Shown in pieces: positions 8,761 through 18,988 of a stretch of 64,000 nucleotides of DNA. The notes under the pieces are model-generated. The model was not told the origin of the DNA. It did not search any database and was given only the letters and a program-made list of their open reading frames with translations. This DNA comes from Methanomicrobia archaeon (lineage in GTDB: Archaea; Halobacteriota; Syntropharchaeia; Alkanophagales; Methanospirareceae): positions 5,187 to 69,186 of the forward strand of contig JAFGHB010000040.1 of the NCBI GenBank assembly GCA_016930255.1, given 5' to 3'. Every line of letters begins with the position of its first letter. Position 1 is the first letter of the stretch. A program made the translations under genes and the position numbers.

Positions 8761-10663
8761 TAAATTTTCGCGAAGAGGGAGCAGAGCAAATAAGGAGAGC
8801 GAAAAGGCAGAAGAGCAAGCGGCAGGAAAAGCTACAGCGAAGAAGCAAATGCAGAAAGCATTGGCTGAGGTGAAGCGGATAGAGAAAGCGGAGAAACTGC
8901 AGGAGAAGGCTGTTGCTAAGAAACACACTAATACAGAGAAGGCAAAGGAAAAAGGCGATGAGGAAAGTATTGCGAAGGCTCAATCTGAAGAGGAGGAGGC
9001 ATTAGCCGTTTTAGAAAAGATACGGGAGACGAAAAGGGGCGTAGAAGCTGAGCTGAGAATGGCAATAGCCGCATTGAAGGGCGAGCCTGCAAGAGTCTCT
9101 CCAAGAGTGCCTTCAGTAGCAAGCACTGCACAACGCGAGTTCCTTGGCGCGGAGGATGCACCACCGATAGAACCTGCGATAGCAGCGGCTATGGACAAAC
9201 CGCTACAGGAATTAGAAGAAGGTGTGGACTACATAGAGCTGTATCCGGTTAATGAGCCCTATGCATATGTGGTTATCACCGCAACAACCCCTCCTAAATA
9301 CATCGTTCGAGAGGTCTCTCTCACAAAAGGGGAGGCTGAGCTTTTGAAAGAGGTCAAGACGTACCTTTATGAGACCTTAGATGCTGTCTTTGCAGGTTTA
9401 CTGAAACCCGAGGTGTTTCTCAGGGAGAGAGTGGACCATGTAATTAAGGAATTCTCTTTAGATAAGAGCGTAAGTTCTGGGAGCATGGATAAGATAATGT
9501 ATTATATCTATCGTGATTTCATCGGCTATGGTAAGTTAGACCCGCTTATACGGGATAAAATGGCTGAGGACCTCTCAGCAGACGGGCCTAATATTCCGTT
9601 GTATGTATTCCACAGGATTTACAGCTCGATAGAAACGAACATAATATTTGATAAGGAGGAATTAGATGCATTGATTTACCGCTTATCTCAGCGATCAGGG
9701 CGACACATCTCGATGGCTAAGCCACTGCTAGATGCCTCACTGCCGAATAAGGATCGGTTACAGTTGAGTATCGGGAGCGAAGTAACAACGCGGGGTTCAA
9801 CGTTCACAATACGAAAATTTAAGGAGATACCCTTCACTCCGATAAACCTGGTGGAGTACGGGACGTTCTCTATGGAAATAATGGCGTATCTCTGGATGGC
9901 GGTTGAGCAAGGTGCGAACATTCTTATCGCAGGGGGTACTGCGTCGGGAAAAACAACGGTATTAAACGCAATAGCGATGTTCATACCGCCGGAAAGTAAG
10001 ATCATCTCAATTGAAGATACGCGTGAGATAAATTTGATGCATCAAAATTGGATCCCTTCCTTGACGAGAGCGGTGGAAGAGGGTGGATACGCCATCGAGA
10101 TGTACGACTTACTACGGACTGCACTCAGACAGAGACCGGAGTACGTTCTGGTAGGCGAAGTGCGAGGCGTCGAGGCGCATACACTTTTCCAGGCGATGGC
10201 TACCGGGCACATTACCATGTCCACGATCCATGCGGAATCTGCGGATACCGTCGTCAAACGATTGACCAAGCACCCCATTGACGTGCCGCTCATGCTCCTT
10301 GACAGCTTGGATATCATTGCAATTCAGCGACAGGTGAAAGTGGGTGATAGAGCGGTACGGAGATGCACCAAGATAATAGAAGTAACGGGAATAAATTTTG
10401 TGGATGAAACGTTAGAAACGAACGAGCTGTTCACGTGGCGACCCGATGAATTTGAATTCACGGGCGAATCGAGGGTGTTTGTCAAGATTATGGAGAAACT
10501 CAATATGCATGAGGATGAATTAGTAGCGGAGTTTACACGAAGGAGGCGGATTTTGGAGGGGATGCGAGTGAAGGGGATGGCCGACTTCCAGTCTCTTAAC
10601 AAGGTCTTACAAGATTATCATGTAAATCCTGAGGAAACGGAGAAACGTATATTAGCGGAATAG
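8750..10663 (+). CDS. FlaI/PilB-family secretion ATPase (archaeal type IV pilus/Tad-like assembly ATPase) with ~145-aa charged N-terminal extension
   Basis: Walker A GGTASGKTTVLNAI, then IEDTREINL, RQRPEYVLVGEVRGVEAHTLFQAMATGH and YPVNEPYAYVVI, all typical of FlaI/GspE ATPases. The N-terminal 145 aa are Lys/Glu/Ala-rich and in-frame with no stop. Overlaps the upstream gene by 11 nt. Confidence 0.85.
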   Translation: MANNKFSRRGSRANKESEKAEEQAAGKATAKKQMQKALAEVKRIEKAEKLQEKAVAKKHTNTEKAKEKGDEESIAKAQSEEEEALAVLEKIRETKRGVEAELRMAIAALKGEPARVSPRVPSVASTAQREFLGAEDAPPIEPAIAAAMDKPLQELEEGVDYIELYPVNEPYAYVVITATTPPKYIVREVSLTKGEAELLKEVKTYLYETLDAVFAGLLKPEVFLRERVDHVIKEFSLDKSVSSGSMDKIMYYIYRDFIGYGKLDPLIRDKMAEDLSADGPNIPLYVFHRIYSSIETNIIFDKEELDALIYRLSQRSGRHISMAKPLLDASLPNKDRLQLSIGSEVTTRGSTFTIRKFKEIPFTPINLVEYGTFSMEIMAYLWMAVEQGANILIAGGTASGKTTVLNAIAMFIPPESKIISIEDTREINLMHQNWIPSLTRAVEEGGYAIEMYDLLRTALRQRPEYVLVGEVRGVEAHTLFQAMATGHITMSTIHAESADTVVKRLTKHPIDVPLMLLDSLDIIAIQRQVKVGDRAVRRCTKIIEVTGINFVDETLETNELFTWRPDEFEFTGESRVFVKIMEKLNMHEDELVAEFTRRRRILEGMRVKGMADFQSLNKVLQDYHVNPEETEKRILAE

Positions 10664-10677
10664 CGGAAGAATAAGCT

Positions 10678-11568
10678 ATGAGTATAGAGAGTGAAGCGGC
10701 ACCCAAAAGTGGAACAGTATCAGATCTATTTCGCGGTTATTTCAGGGGGAGACGAGAGAAGTACACGAAACTCAGGGAGAACCTTTTGAGAGCGAGGATC
10801 TTCGTTCCTGTAGAGAGATGGTTATCAAGAGCGATTTTCTACTCGATCTTCGCGGCAGTTGGGGTGGTGGCGGGCTATATCCTCCTGAAGTATCTTATTC
10901 TCTCTTTGCTGTCCGAGTTTTCACTGGGATTAACCGACCTTGTTGTTAGCGTCATGTTCGCGGCAATTGCATTTTTCGTCTCGTACATCAGCTTTTATCT
11001 GTATCCCAGAATACGGGTGTGGGAGCGAAGGGGGAAGATCGATGCGAACCTGCCGTATGCTATCGGGTTCATATCGGCGATGGCATCTATCGGGGTGTTT
11101 CCTTATACGATCTTTAAGAAGCTTTCAGAAGCGGAGGAGACGTATGGCGAGGTGAGCAATGAGTTGAAGCTGGTAGTGCGGGATGTGGAATTGCTGGGTT
11201 TCGATTTCATCACGTCACTCAAAAGACTCGTCGCGACCACGCCGTCTATGAACATGAGAACGTTCTTGCAGGGGGCGGTCACCACGGCCCTTTCTGGCGG
11301 CGAGATGGGTACATACTTTGTTAATACAGCAGAAGAATACATGGAAGAGCGGAGGAAGAGATATGAGAGCTTTATTGAGACGTTGGGCTTTTTTGCGGAG
11401 TTTTACGTTATCGGGTTGGTTACGGCCCCGCTCTTGCTGGTGGTGGTGCTCTCGATAATGGTTTTTCTCGGCGGCGCTTCTCTTACAGGACTTGCAGCAA
11501 TTGTCTACATTGTCATCCCGCTGGGCTCCACAGCGTTTATCTTTTTGATTGGCACATTATCGGACTAA
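10678..11568 (+). CDS. TadB/FlaJ-like polytopic membrane protein (type II secretion system F-domain, first half)
   Basis: 296-aa multi-TM protein immediately after the FlaI-like ATPase. Length and hydropathy fit one T2SSF domain. Confidence 0.65.
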   Translation: MSIESEAAPKSGTVSDLFRGYFRGRREKYTKLRENLLRARIFVPVERWLSRAIFYSIFAAVGVVAGYILLKYLILSLLSEFSLGLTDLVVSVMFAAIAFFVSYISFYLYPRIRVWERRGKIDANLPYAIGFISAMASIGVFPYTIFKKLSEAEETYGEVSNELKLVVRDVELLGFDFITSLKRLVATTPSMNMRTFLQGAVTTALSGGEMGTYFVNTAEEYMEERRKRYESFIETLGFFAEFYVIGLVTAPLLLVVVLSIMVFLGGASLTGLAAIVYIVIPLGSTAFIFLIGTLSD

Positions 11569-11575
11569 GAGGGAA

Positions 11576-12517
11576 ATGAAAGAGGATAAGCTTCTTGAGG
11601 CGATAGAGAAGAAGAGGAAAGAGAAGCGGATAGTACGAATCATCAGAGACCCTATAGGGCTCTTCAGGGATAACCCACTGCGATTGGGGTACGTCTCAGG
11701 TGCGATTGGTATCTGTCTCATGATTATGTCATATCTCTACGCGTGGGAATTTGTAGCACCATACGATGCGTACATCTTATCAGGTATCGTCGCGGTTATT
11801 CCCCCGGCAGCATATCTGTATGCGGAGCAAAAACGAGTGCGGAAGGCGGATGACGAATTCCCGAGCTTACTGCGTGACCTTGCACAGGCGAAGCGCGCGG
11901 GTCTCACCTTGATCGATGCACTTACGCTTACCGCCGAGGGGAATTATGGTGTGCTTACACCCGGGCTGAAGACGCTTGCGTATCACCTGACCTGGGGTCT
12001 TTCTTTTGAGGACGCACTGCGGATGTTTGCAAAGCGGTACCCCACGCGAATAATCAAACGGTCGATCGAAATAATTATAGAAGGCTATCAGGTAGGTGGT
12101 GATGTAGGCGAAATCCTGAAAGTTGCGGCGGAGGATGTCATGGAGTTGCGAGCGCTGGAAAAGCGGAGGATTTCTGATATGGGGCAGTATGTACTCATCT
12201 GCTACGTTACCTTCTTTGTGTTCCTTGGCGTCTTGGTGGTGCTCTATCAATCGTTTATTCCAATGATGGTAGAAGCTTCGGAGAAGGTAGCGGGGACTGG
12301 GGCAGGTTCTTTTATGGTTAGTGTAGATGTGGTAACACTGAAGATGCTGTTCTTTCACTGTAGTATCATCCAGGGTATCAGTGCGGGGCTAGTGGCGGGA
12401 AAGTTAGGTGAAGGGCAAATTGTTTCTGGTCTGAAGCACGCGACTGTGTTAGCATTAGCAACCTTCGTCGTATTTGCCATTTTGAAATTCCTGCCACCGA
12501 TGACCGTATCTCTATGA
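11576..12517 (+). CDS. TadC/FlaJ-like polytopic membrane protein (T2SSF-domain, second half)
   Basis: Start moved to ATG 11576 (MKEDKLLEAIEKKRKEK…), preceded by GAGGG 4 nt upstream. The upstream gene stops at 11568. …AKRAGLTLIDALTLTAEG…GYQVGGDVGEIL… are T2SSF-like motifs. Confidence 0.65.
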   Translation: MKEDKLLEAIEKKRKEKRIVRIIRDPIGLFRDNPLRLGYVSGAIGICLMIMSYLYAWEFVAPYDAYILSGIVAVIPPAAYLYAEQKRVRKADDEFPSLLRDLAQAKRAGLTLIDALTLTAEGNYGVLTPGLKTLAYHLTWGLSFEDALRMFAKRYPTRIIKRSIEIIIEGYQVGGDVGEILKVAAEDVMELRALEKRRISDMGQYVLICYVTFFVFLGVLVVLYQSFIPMMVEASEKVAGTGAGSFMVSVDVVTLKMLFFHCSIIQGISAGLVAGKLGEGQIVSGLKHATVLALATFVVFAILKFLPPMTVSL

Positions 12518-12651
12518 TCCTCATAGCATGCACATCACATCTCCCTGCTCTCGTTCAAACTATCGCGCGTTATGTACGGAGAACGAAAAACTCTCTAAAA
12601 CTGATCGAGTAGTACCTCTCGTTTGTTTTTGAAATCGAGTACTTACACCTG

Positions 12652-13119
12652 TTATAGCACATCTCCCGTTATCAGATTATACCTTACCTCGTCTTCATAG
12701 ACGGACGTTCCGTCTGACAGGCGGATGGTGACATTAGCGATGCGAGATGAGGCATTATAATCTTCTGGTGCATGGCCAAAGACCAGAAAGTACCCGCGAC
12801 GATTCACCAGGCGCTTCATCTGTAATTCGTGAATATTGAGTACATCGCGAGTAGTGCCATTAAAGGGGTTCCTTGGGTCATCTATATCGGTAACGTTCGT
12901 TGAAACATCTTGTAGAACGTGACCATAGGTATCACGAACATCAATGAAGACAAATCCAATATCGCCTTGTTCCTCTCGTATCGTTCGCTGCCCGGCCATT
13001 CCTGTAGAATAATAGATGGTGGCAAACGCGATGATGGCAATGGTAATAATAAATCCCGTGATTAAAATTACCTGTCCGCCATTATCATCTCGTAGAGTCA
13101 TGTCATTCTTTTCATTCAT
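12652..13119 (-). CDS. small membrane-anchored pilin-like protein
   Basis: N-terminus …RDDNGGQVILITGFIITIAIIAFATIYY has a single hydrophobic helix after a charged stretch. Convergent with the FlaJ-like genes. Confidence 0.45.
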   Translation of the reverse strand: MNEKNDMTLRDDNGGQVILITGFIITIAIIAFATIYYSTGMAGQRTIREEQGDIGFVFIDVRDTYGHVLQDVSTNVTDIDDPRNPFNGTTRDVLNIHELQMKRLVNRRGYFLVFGHAPEDYNASSRIANVTIRLSDGTSVYEDEVRYNLITGDVL

Positions 13120-13152
13120 CCTCTCGTATCGTTTTGTTTATCTATCGTTTGT

Positions 13153-15750
13153 TTATCTAAACCACAAAACTAATTGGACTTCATAGACGTTATATCCCGT
13201 CCCCCGTGGGTCCCGTGCATATACCAATTTATCCACCGCGACCGCCTGGGGGCCGGGCAGTCCGTGTTCGACCTTTGCGGTTCCATCAAGCATGATTTCC
13301 CCGGTGTCATCAAGGAAGTAGAGATTGTATTCGATATACTCGGGGAGGACCTCGTCGATCTTTTCGTCAAGTCCGTTCCAATCTCTATTCTCTACGGCAC
13401 GCATCAATGCACTGGTGGCGATCAAATCGACACTCCAGTCGTGGAGTACTGGCGTGTAACGATTGTCCGAGGTGCTTAATTCCGCGTATAATCGTATCGA
13501 ACTCACGCCGGAATCACGAAGAAGGCCAAGGTCATAACCTTGTGCTGCCTCAGCAGCGGTGATAGTATCGCAGATCGTGGAATTATCGGTGGCATTTAAA
13601 ATTTTAAACGAGATGGCTGTACCTTCAAGTGACGAGGTGTACGAGGAGGCGTAAAACTTATTCCAGCTTCTTGATGAGGTCGCAGTTATGGGCACGGACG
13701 TGAGATTGGCCGAAAACTCGTAGCCTATACCAGAGACAACGACTTTAAGGTAATCGGAATGGAGAGAGTGATGACCTTTACAGGGAAATGGTTCCTTTAC
13801 CGATGTGATATGATAGTAGCTCTCGTAAGGATAATCCTCGGGATGGAGGTATCGCGGAATCATCCATTTCGTGTACGCGTACGGCGTGTACGTCAAGTTG
13901 TAAAGGAGGTCCAAATTATAGATCTTGTCTTCCGGGACAACAGAACCGACTAAGTCGTAGTAGCCCGAAGCGCAGAAAATATAAGTTCTATCAAGACCTT
14001 CGGTAGTATTCATGGCGGGGAATCTGAAGGTTATAAAATCCCCTTGGGTTATACGAGCATACCCCGTGTCGGTATCTGTTACGTTTTCAAGGACATCTTC
14101 TACCGTCCCGTTAACGTACCGCGTCTCGGCTTCAATCGGGCGTATCCAAGTACTCGTAACGGGACTATCAGGAGAATAGTCTACCGCCACGTAGTCAAAA
14201 TCATGACAGGCAAACGGTATAACGATCCGTATCTGGTTACCAACATTTGCCGTAAGGTTCAAGGGAATAACTTTAGGAGCCACGTCGAAATAGATGGACG
14301 AGATAGGGATAGCGGAGTGGGTGTACCAGGCGGTACCGTTCCAGAACTGGATGAGGGGTGCAACCGTCTCAAAAATCGTCTGGTCGAGTTGCGTGGCAAA
14401 TTCCTCATCGGTTTCAACCAGATCAAGCAGGTATTCACAATTAGGTGTGCCGAGCAGGTAATGATTGTAATACCATAATTTCAACTCGGTAAAATCCGTG
14501 ATTCGCATGTTCACCAGCAATTTCGCTTCGCTTTCATTCTTTGGCAGGGTTATCGTAATCCAATCGTATAAGTTATGTGTATCGTTAAAGTCCCTCGTTG
14601 TTGATACGTTGCTCCCCCAGAAATCGAGGTCTTGCGCTGCCAACGCCCCGGTTATGTCCTTCCCTTCGTTATCAACGGCCGAGACAGGAAGCGGATTGGT
14701 TATTGTATGCAGGGTTCCGTAATCGTCAGGCAAAACGGAGGTATTTTCGGGGTGCTCTACAACCTGCAGATCTAAACTGTTTATGTAACCGTCATCCGGT
14801 AACGCCATGAAGACAATCGCTTCGTAACATCCGTTTTTAACGGCTAAATTCGTTGTCGTCACAAAACTCGAGCCCTCGTATCGCGCATTAAAACTGCCCG
14901 TGAAGAGAAGATCTAAAAGCTCGTATTCCTCGCCAGTCCATCCGTAGATGAAAGGACAACCGCTTTCCTCTGCACTGGCAAGAACAGTTATGGTCTCGCC
15001 TGAAATAAAATCTTCTGCATCGGTTACCGACCCGTTCAACCATCCTTCGGTACCCATTGCGTCTTCGGTTTGCAATCGATGCCAGATACCTACTGAATGA
15101 TCCCAGATCCAAAGCGTAGTATCGTAGCCCGAACTTCCTGTACCATGCCCTTCCCAGGAAATATTTAGTTCTGATATCGTGCTCGGGGACTCATTAATGG
15201 TAACGTTATACAGTTGGATATTATAATCAACACCACCAAGCCTCCAAATATCAGTCACCCACCGGTTATCATCAGATGTCGAGAGGGAGGTATAATTGCT
15301 TGACGAAGCAGGATCGCCCTGATCATTTGGATCTGAGGGGATGTCTTCGTCTTCCCACGCCCACTTATTTGTGCCCGCGCCACTGCTGAAGTCATACGTT
15401 CTGGTAAACGGATTATTTTCGATCCGAATATCGCCACCGCTTAAGTTTATACTATTGTTGTCATCGATATACTGATGACTTTCATTGCCGCTGAACTCAT
15501 CAGTCCATGAGATGTTGCCCGTTGTGATATTCCCCGTTACGTTAATCACCGTTATATTTGCCTCGGGATAGAACGAGATCACCATGAGCGCATCTTCGCC
15601 ATACTTCTGCAACTGCACGGCGGAATAGCCCTGCTGCTGTGGTGCGTAGGCGAGCATCACGAACGTGAGAGCGCTCAGCATAAGCAGTGCTGAGATTACC
15701 GCCTCGAGGGTCTGCATCTGCGCTTTTTTATCCAACATTTCGGTTACCAC
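13153..15750 (-). CDS. large pilin-like protein with class III (type IV prepilin-like) signal peptide; putative minor pilin/adhesin
   Basis: MVTEMLDKKA|QMQTLEAVISALLMLSALTFVML: KKA at -3..-1, Q at +1, TLE at +4..+6, hydrophobic helix. The 865-aa body is very rich in N-x-S/T sequons. Confidence 0.65.
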   Translation of the reverse strand: MVTEMLDKKAQMQTLEAVISALLMLSALTFVMLAYAPQQQGYSAVQLQKYGEDALMVISFYPEANITVINVTGNITTGNISWTDEFSGNESHQYIDDNNSINLSGGDIRIENNPFTRTYDFSSGAGTNKWAWEDEDIPSDPNDQGDPASSSNYTSLSTSDDNRWVTDIWRLGGVDYNIQLYNVTINESPSTISELNISWEGHGTGSSGYDTTLWIWDHSVGIWHRLQTEDAMGTEGWLNGSVTDAEDFISGETITVLASAEESGCPFIYGWTGEEYELLDLLFTGSFNARYEGSSFVTTTNLAVKNGCYEAIVFMALPDDGYINSLDLQVVEHPENTSVLPDDYGTLHTITNPLPVSAVDNEGKDITGALAAQDLDFWGSNVSTTRDFNDTHNLYDWITITLPKNESEAKLLVNMRITDFTELKLWYYNHYLLGTPNCEYLLDLVETDEEFATQLDQTIFETVAPLIQFWNGTAWYTHSAIPISSIYFDVAPKVIPLNLTANVGNQIRIVIPFACHDFDYVAVDYSPDSPVTSTWIRPIEAETRYVNGTVEDVLENVTDTDTGYARITQGDFITFRFPAMNTTEGLDRTYIFCASGYYDLVGSVVPEDKIYNLDLLYNLTYTPYAYTKWMIPRYLHPEDYPYESYYHITSVKEPFPCKGHHSLHSDYLKVVVSGIGYEFSANLTSVPITATSSRSWNKFYASSYTSSLEGTAISFKILNATDNSTICDTITAAEAAQGYDLGLLRDSGVSSIRLYAELSTSDNRYTPVLHDWSVDLIATSALMRAVENRDWNGLDEKIDEVLPEYIEYNLYFLDDTGEIMLDGTAKVEHGLPGPQAVAVDKLVYARDPRGTGYNVYEVQLVLWFR

Positions 15751-16382
15751 ACCAGCATTCTCATGGTATAATAATCGTAATCATAGTCCATATCTCTTAT
15801 AATCGGAACGACAACGATCCGTTCAATAACGACCACGTCGCCGGATAAGCCTTTACGTACCGCGTCAAAGTTATCATCCGCAACATCCTGCGAAAACGTG
15901 GATTCGTTGGTTGGTATGACCTGTATATAGCACCCATAGCCCCGGTATCCGCCGGAGGCATTCCCTTGTAAGCCGAGTGCTGCGGTAGCACTTCGATATT
16001 TGGTGCTTCCGACAGCGTCTTCCCCAAATTCCCACCAGGTGTTATTACCCGATGTATTCGAGGACATTAGCGCATCCAACTTTGCACGATCGAGCACGTT
16101 TGGTTTTGACTGATCGGAAAGGCCAATTCTCACGACGGCCGAGTAGTTGCCCTCGATCCAGAGTGCATCCCAATCGGCAGGTTCACCGGGGTCTTTAATC
16201 AGGATTTCAGCGACACGGTGTGCGACGGGATAGATCTTTGCGGATTCACCGGAATACGAGGCTGTTGACGCGGCGAGCAGGTAGTAGGTGAGTAAGAACG
16301 CACCGATAAAGATGCCGATAGCGACAAGGAAGTCAATGCTTAACGCCTGCGCGTTCTCATCAGCCACCAGTTTCCTTTTCAT
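15744..16382 (-). CDS. pilin-like protein with class III-type signal peptide
   Basis: MKRKLVADENA|QALSIDFLVAIGIFIGAFLL. Overlaps the upstream gene by 7 nt, consistent with an operon. Confidence 0.55.
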   Translation of the reverse strand: MKRKLVADENAQALSIDFLVAIGIFIGAFLLTYYLLAASTASYSGESAKIYPVAHRVAEILIKDPGEPADWDALWIEGNYSAVVRIGLSDQSKPNVLDRAKLDALMSSNTSGNNTWWEFGEDAVGSTKYRSATAALGLQGNASGGYRGYGCYIQVIPTNESTFSQDVADDNFDAVRKGLSGDVVVIERIVVVPIIRDMDYDYDYYTMRMLVW

Positions 16383-16498
16383 CTTCTCTTCCTCCTCCTC
16401 TTACTCACATACCCCTAAGATTCTACCGTTTTCCACATGATCCCTCACTTTTTAGCACGGCACAGGTTATCCATGTATCTAAGCGTTATGATAAGCGT

Positions 16499-16978
16499 CT
16501 ATACGTTTTCAAGTGTTATATTATTCCCGCTTTTTGTTATCCGTACTCGTGTGGACAGAGCGCTGGATGCGGTTCCGGTTACGTTTACCGTCATCGCATT
16601 GCCCCGGCCTTCGGTATTTAACGGGACGTAGACCGTTACTTCGGCGGAATAAATTTTGAGTGCAGGTCTGTTGAGATAATCAGAAGAAACTTCAATAGAA
16701 TACCCGGTCACCGTGTCCTCGCTACTACCAATTTGATAGGGGATCTTGAGCGTTCTCGTGGCATTCGTGCAGTTGGTGAGGTACATATCATTGATCGTGT
16801 CCGAGATCTGGTTACCTAACCCTGCGTACTGTATGGTTATCGATTGCTTTGCCGCGTCGGCCACCAACCCGTTAAAAAGCAAAACAACGGTGGTCATGAG
16901 AGCTACCGCTAACGAAATAAGAATGGCGTACTCCAACGTTAGTGAGACCGCTTTTTCATCGTGTATGAAGTTCTTCAT
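16499..16978 (-). CDS. pilin-like protein with class III-type signal peptide
   Basis: Start moved to MKNFIHDEKA|VSLTLEYAILISLAVALMTTVVLL, giving K at -2, A at -1 and TLE at +4..+6. Confidence 0.55.
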   Translation of the reverse strand: MKNFIHDEKAVSLTLEYAILISLAVALMTTVVLLFNGLVADAAKQSITIQYAGLGNQISDTINDMYLTNCTNATRTLKIPYQIGSSEDTVTGYSIEVSSDYLNRPALKIYSAEVTVYVPLNTEGRGNAMTVNVTGTASSALSTRVRITKSGNNITLENV

Positions 16979-17317
16979 GTTCTGCTTATAACTACAGCGC
17001 TCCACGTATTTGTTATTTCATCCAGTCTTTAAAAAGGAAATGTGACGTTCTATCCATTCGAAACTAATTCCGTTCCTTGCGCGCCGATTCCCGAGTCATC
17101 ACCGATACTCCTGTTCAGTATAGGTCTGCTGGCACTTGTCGGATACGTACTGCATGTGAAGCGATTCGGATTGACCTTGCGAGTGTGTATGGGGCTCTTT
17201 ACGGGATCCTTCACGTACTTCAGAGAGTATGGTATGGCCGTACAACCTCTTGACAGTACGCTACTTTTATATACTCCTTTATCTTATCGCATGTTTAATA
17301 TACTAATGAGCTAACAA

Positions 17318-18097
17318 ATGCTGCGTATTATAAAATCCAACGAAGCGATTTCACCGGTTATCGGTATGGCACTAATACTGGGGATCGTCGTTACGGCAGT
17401 AGGGATTATCTATTCGGTGGAAATGCCAAAGATCGAATCTGCCAAGGAAGAAGCACAGCTGGAGAATATGCGCAGCAATTTCCTCACCCTTCAAACTGAT
17501 ATCAGAGACCTCGTCCAATCGCCTTCTACGGGCCGGGTGACCAAGATGCAACTGGAGGCCGGCTCAATAGGAGCGTATGCGGCCGGGTCTGCAAATGGCA
17601 CGGGATATATCCGCTACATCGCGGGCGACGATATCATAGCATACGAGAACGGCGCGGTCTTCGCCAAATATGCCGGCGGGAACGACTATGCCGAAGTGAT
17701 CAGCGACCCGATCATGTACGTTGACGTTGATGACGATAATGTTACCCACGTGTATATCCATGCTATCACACTAAACGGCAGCAAATCCGTTGCCGGTACC
17801 GGCCCTGCTGAGTTCGCCCTGACACAAGGGAAACACACTAAGAAGCACGACAATGTAGAAACGAACAATCTGATATTCCACATAAACAGCACGTTCTATC
17901 GTGGCTGGGAAGAGTATTTCAGGGAGATATTCGCTTATGCAGACCTAGAGGAGGGCCCTCTGAACAACTCAGACTGCAACGTCTCCACTTCAGATGAAGA
18001 TGAGAGTGTAACCATCTTCATAGAGGGGAAAGAGTGGTCGGGAGACGAATACGATATAACGCTCTACTATGTGAAGACCGAGGTGATTGTATCATAG
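17318..18097 (+). CDS. archaeal type IV pilin (archaeal pilin N-terminal domain)
   Basis: MLRIIKSNEA|ISPVIGMALILGIVVTAVGIIY matches the archaeal pilin N-domain consensus (…A.SPVIG..L…). A TATA-like TTTAATATAC lies about 25 nt upstream. Confidence 0.7.
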   Translation: MLRIIKSNEAISPVIGMALILGIVVTAVGIIYSVEMPKIESAKEEAQLENMRSNFLTLQTDIRDLVQSPSTGRVTKMQLEAGSIGAYAAGSANGTGYIRYIAGDDIIAYENGAVFAKYAGGNDYAEVISDPIMYVDVDDDNVTHVYIHAITLNGSKSVAGTGPAEFALTQGKHTKKHDNVETNNLIFHINSTFYRGWEEYFREIFAYADLEEGPLNNSDCNVSTSDEDESVTIFIEGKEWSGDEYDITLYYVKTEVIVS

Positions 18098-18988
18098 ATG
18101 AAACAGATCTTCCTCTGTTTGATAGTGGCGTTACTGGCATGTGCCGTTGCTGCTGTCGGCACTACTATGGCGTATGATCCTCTATTTTGGATTGAAGAAC
18201 CTCAAACCACACAGTTGAACATGACCATCACACAGTGGGACGAGACCACGATGAGCTGGGAAGTGCCAGTCGATTCGGTGTATTACATCGAGTCACCGAT
18301 AAACATTATGGTGAAATACCCGGGCGGAGCTAACGCTACGAATGCAACAATAAATATTACCGGTCCCGGGTCCACCACTCACCCGGAGTTGACCACGAAC
18401 GCGACAGGACAGGCGAATTACACCTTTAATTATACAGAGATAACACGGGGTGGGCAGCAGATCGTTGTTAAAGCAGTAAAACCCGGAGCCGCGTACGCGC
18501 AACAGAATATTTACGTGGACTACCAGGGGATTTTGGAAGTGAGCGTGCGTACCGATAGCATGGTTATTGATTCCGATTATGGGAATTATTGGAACTCCGA
18601 TGCGGATATGTACTACACCGTTATTGTACGCGATTCCGCAACCGCTTCGAAAGATCCCGTGGAAGGTGTTAAGGTCACTATGACTCATGATGCGAATACG
18701 AATCACGTTTATATGGATGAGGGAACCAACCCCAATAAGAGTTGCCAGATAGCATATACTGATAACGACGGCGAAGCTACGTTTTCCGTGCACAGCGATT
18801 CCGTTACGGAACTCGAGGGTACTCTCTTTACCATAACCACCGAGCGGAGGGGTTATATGCCTGATAGCGCAACATTTAATGCCCCTTCTGATATTACTGT
18901 TGTACCGGTTAAAGGCGCGTTTGCAACCGTGGTAGCCTTCTTGGTTGCATCTCGCTTAGCGCGGACGCGGAGAACGCATAAACGATGA
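18098..18988 (+). CDS. secreted cell-surface protein (paralog A)
   Basis: Signal peptide (LCLIVALLACAVAAVGTTMA). Shares extended similarity with 19068-20387 (…SWEVPxDSxYYIExP…ELTTNATG…YTFxYTEITRGxQQIxVKAxKPG…). Start lies 1 nt after the previous stop. Confidence 0.7.
   Translation: MKQIFLCLIVALLACAVAAVGTTMAYDPLFWIEEPQTTQLNMTITQWDETTMSWEVPVDSVYYIESPINIMVKYPGGANATNATINITGPGSTTHPELTTNATGQANYTFNYTEITRGGQQIVVKAVKPGAAYAQQNIYVDYQGILEVSVRTDSMVIDSDYGNYWNSDADMYYTVIVRDSATASKDPVEGVKVTMTHDANTNHVYMDEGTNPNKSCQIAYTDNDGEATFSVHSDSVTELEGTLFTITTERRGYMPDSATFNAPSDITVVPVKGAFATVVAFLVASRLARTRRTHKR

Noticed and set aside
11867-12358. 163-aa minus-strand ORF inside the TadC-like gene, and similar antisense ORFs (8065-8418, 14044-14478, 18293-18793, 40965-41459, 55443-56263)
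   Set aside because: Each is fully embedded antisense in a gene with family-level support and has no motif support of its own.
17042-17314. 90-aa ORF with one hydrophobic helix between pilin genes
   Set aside because: Weak evidence. It could be a small membrane protein, but it has no RBS or motif support. Left uncalled.
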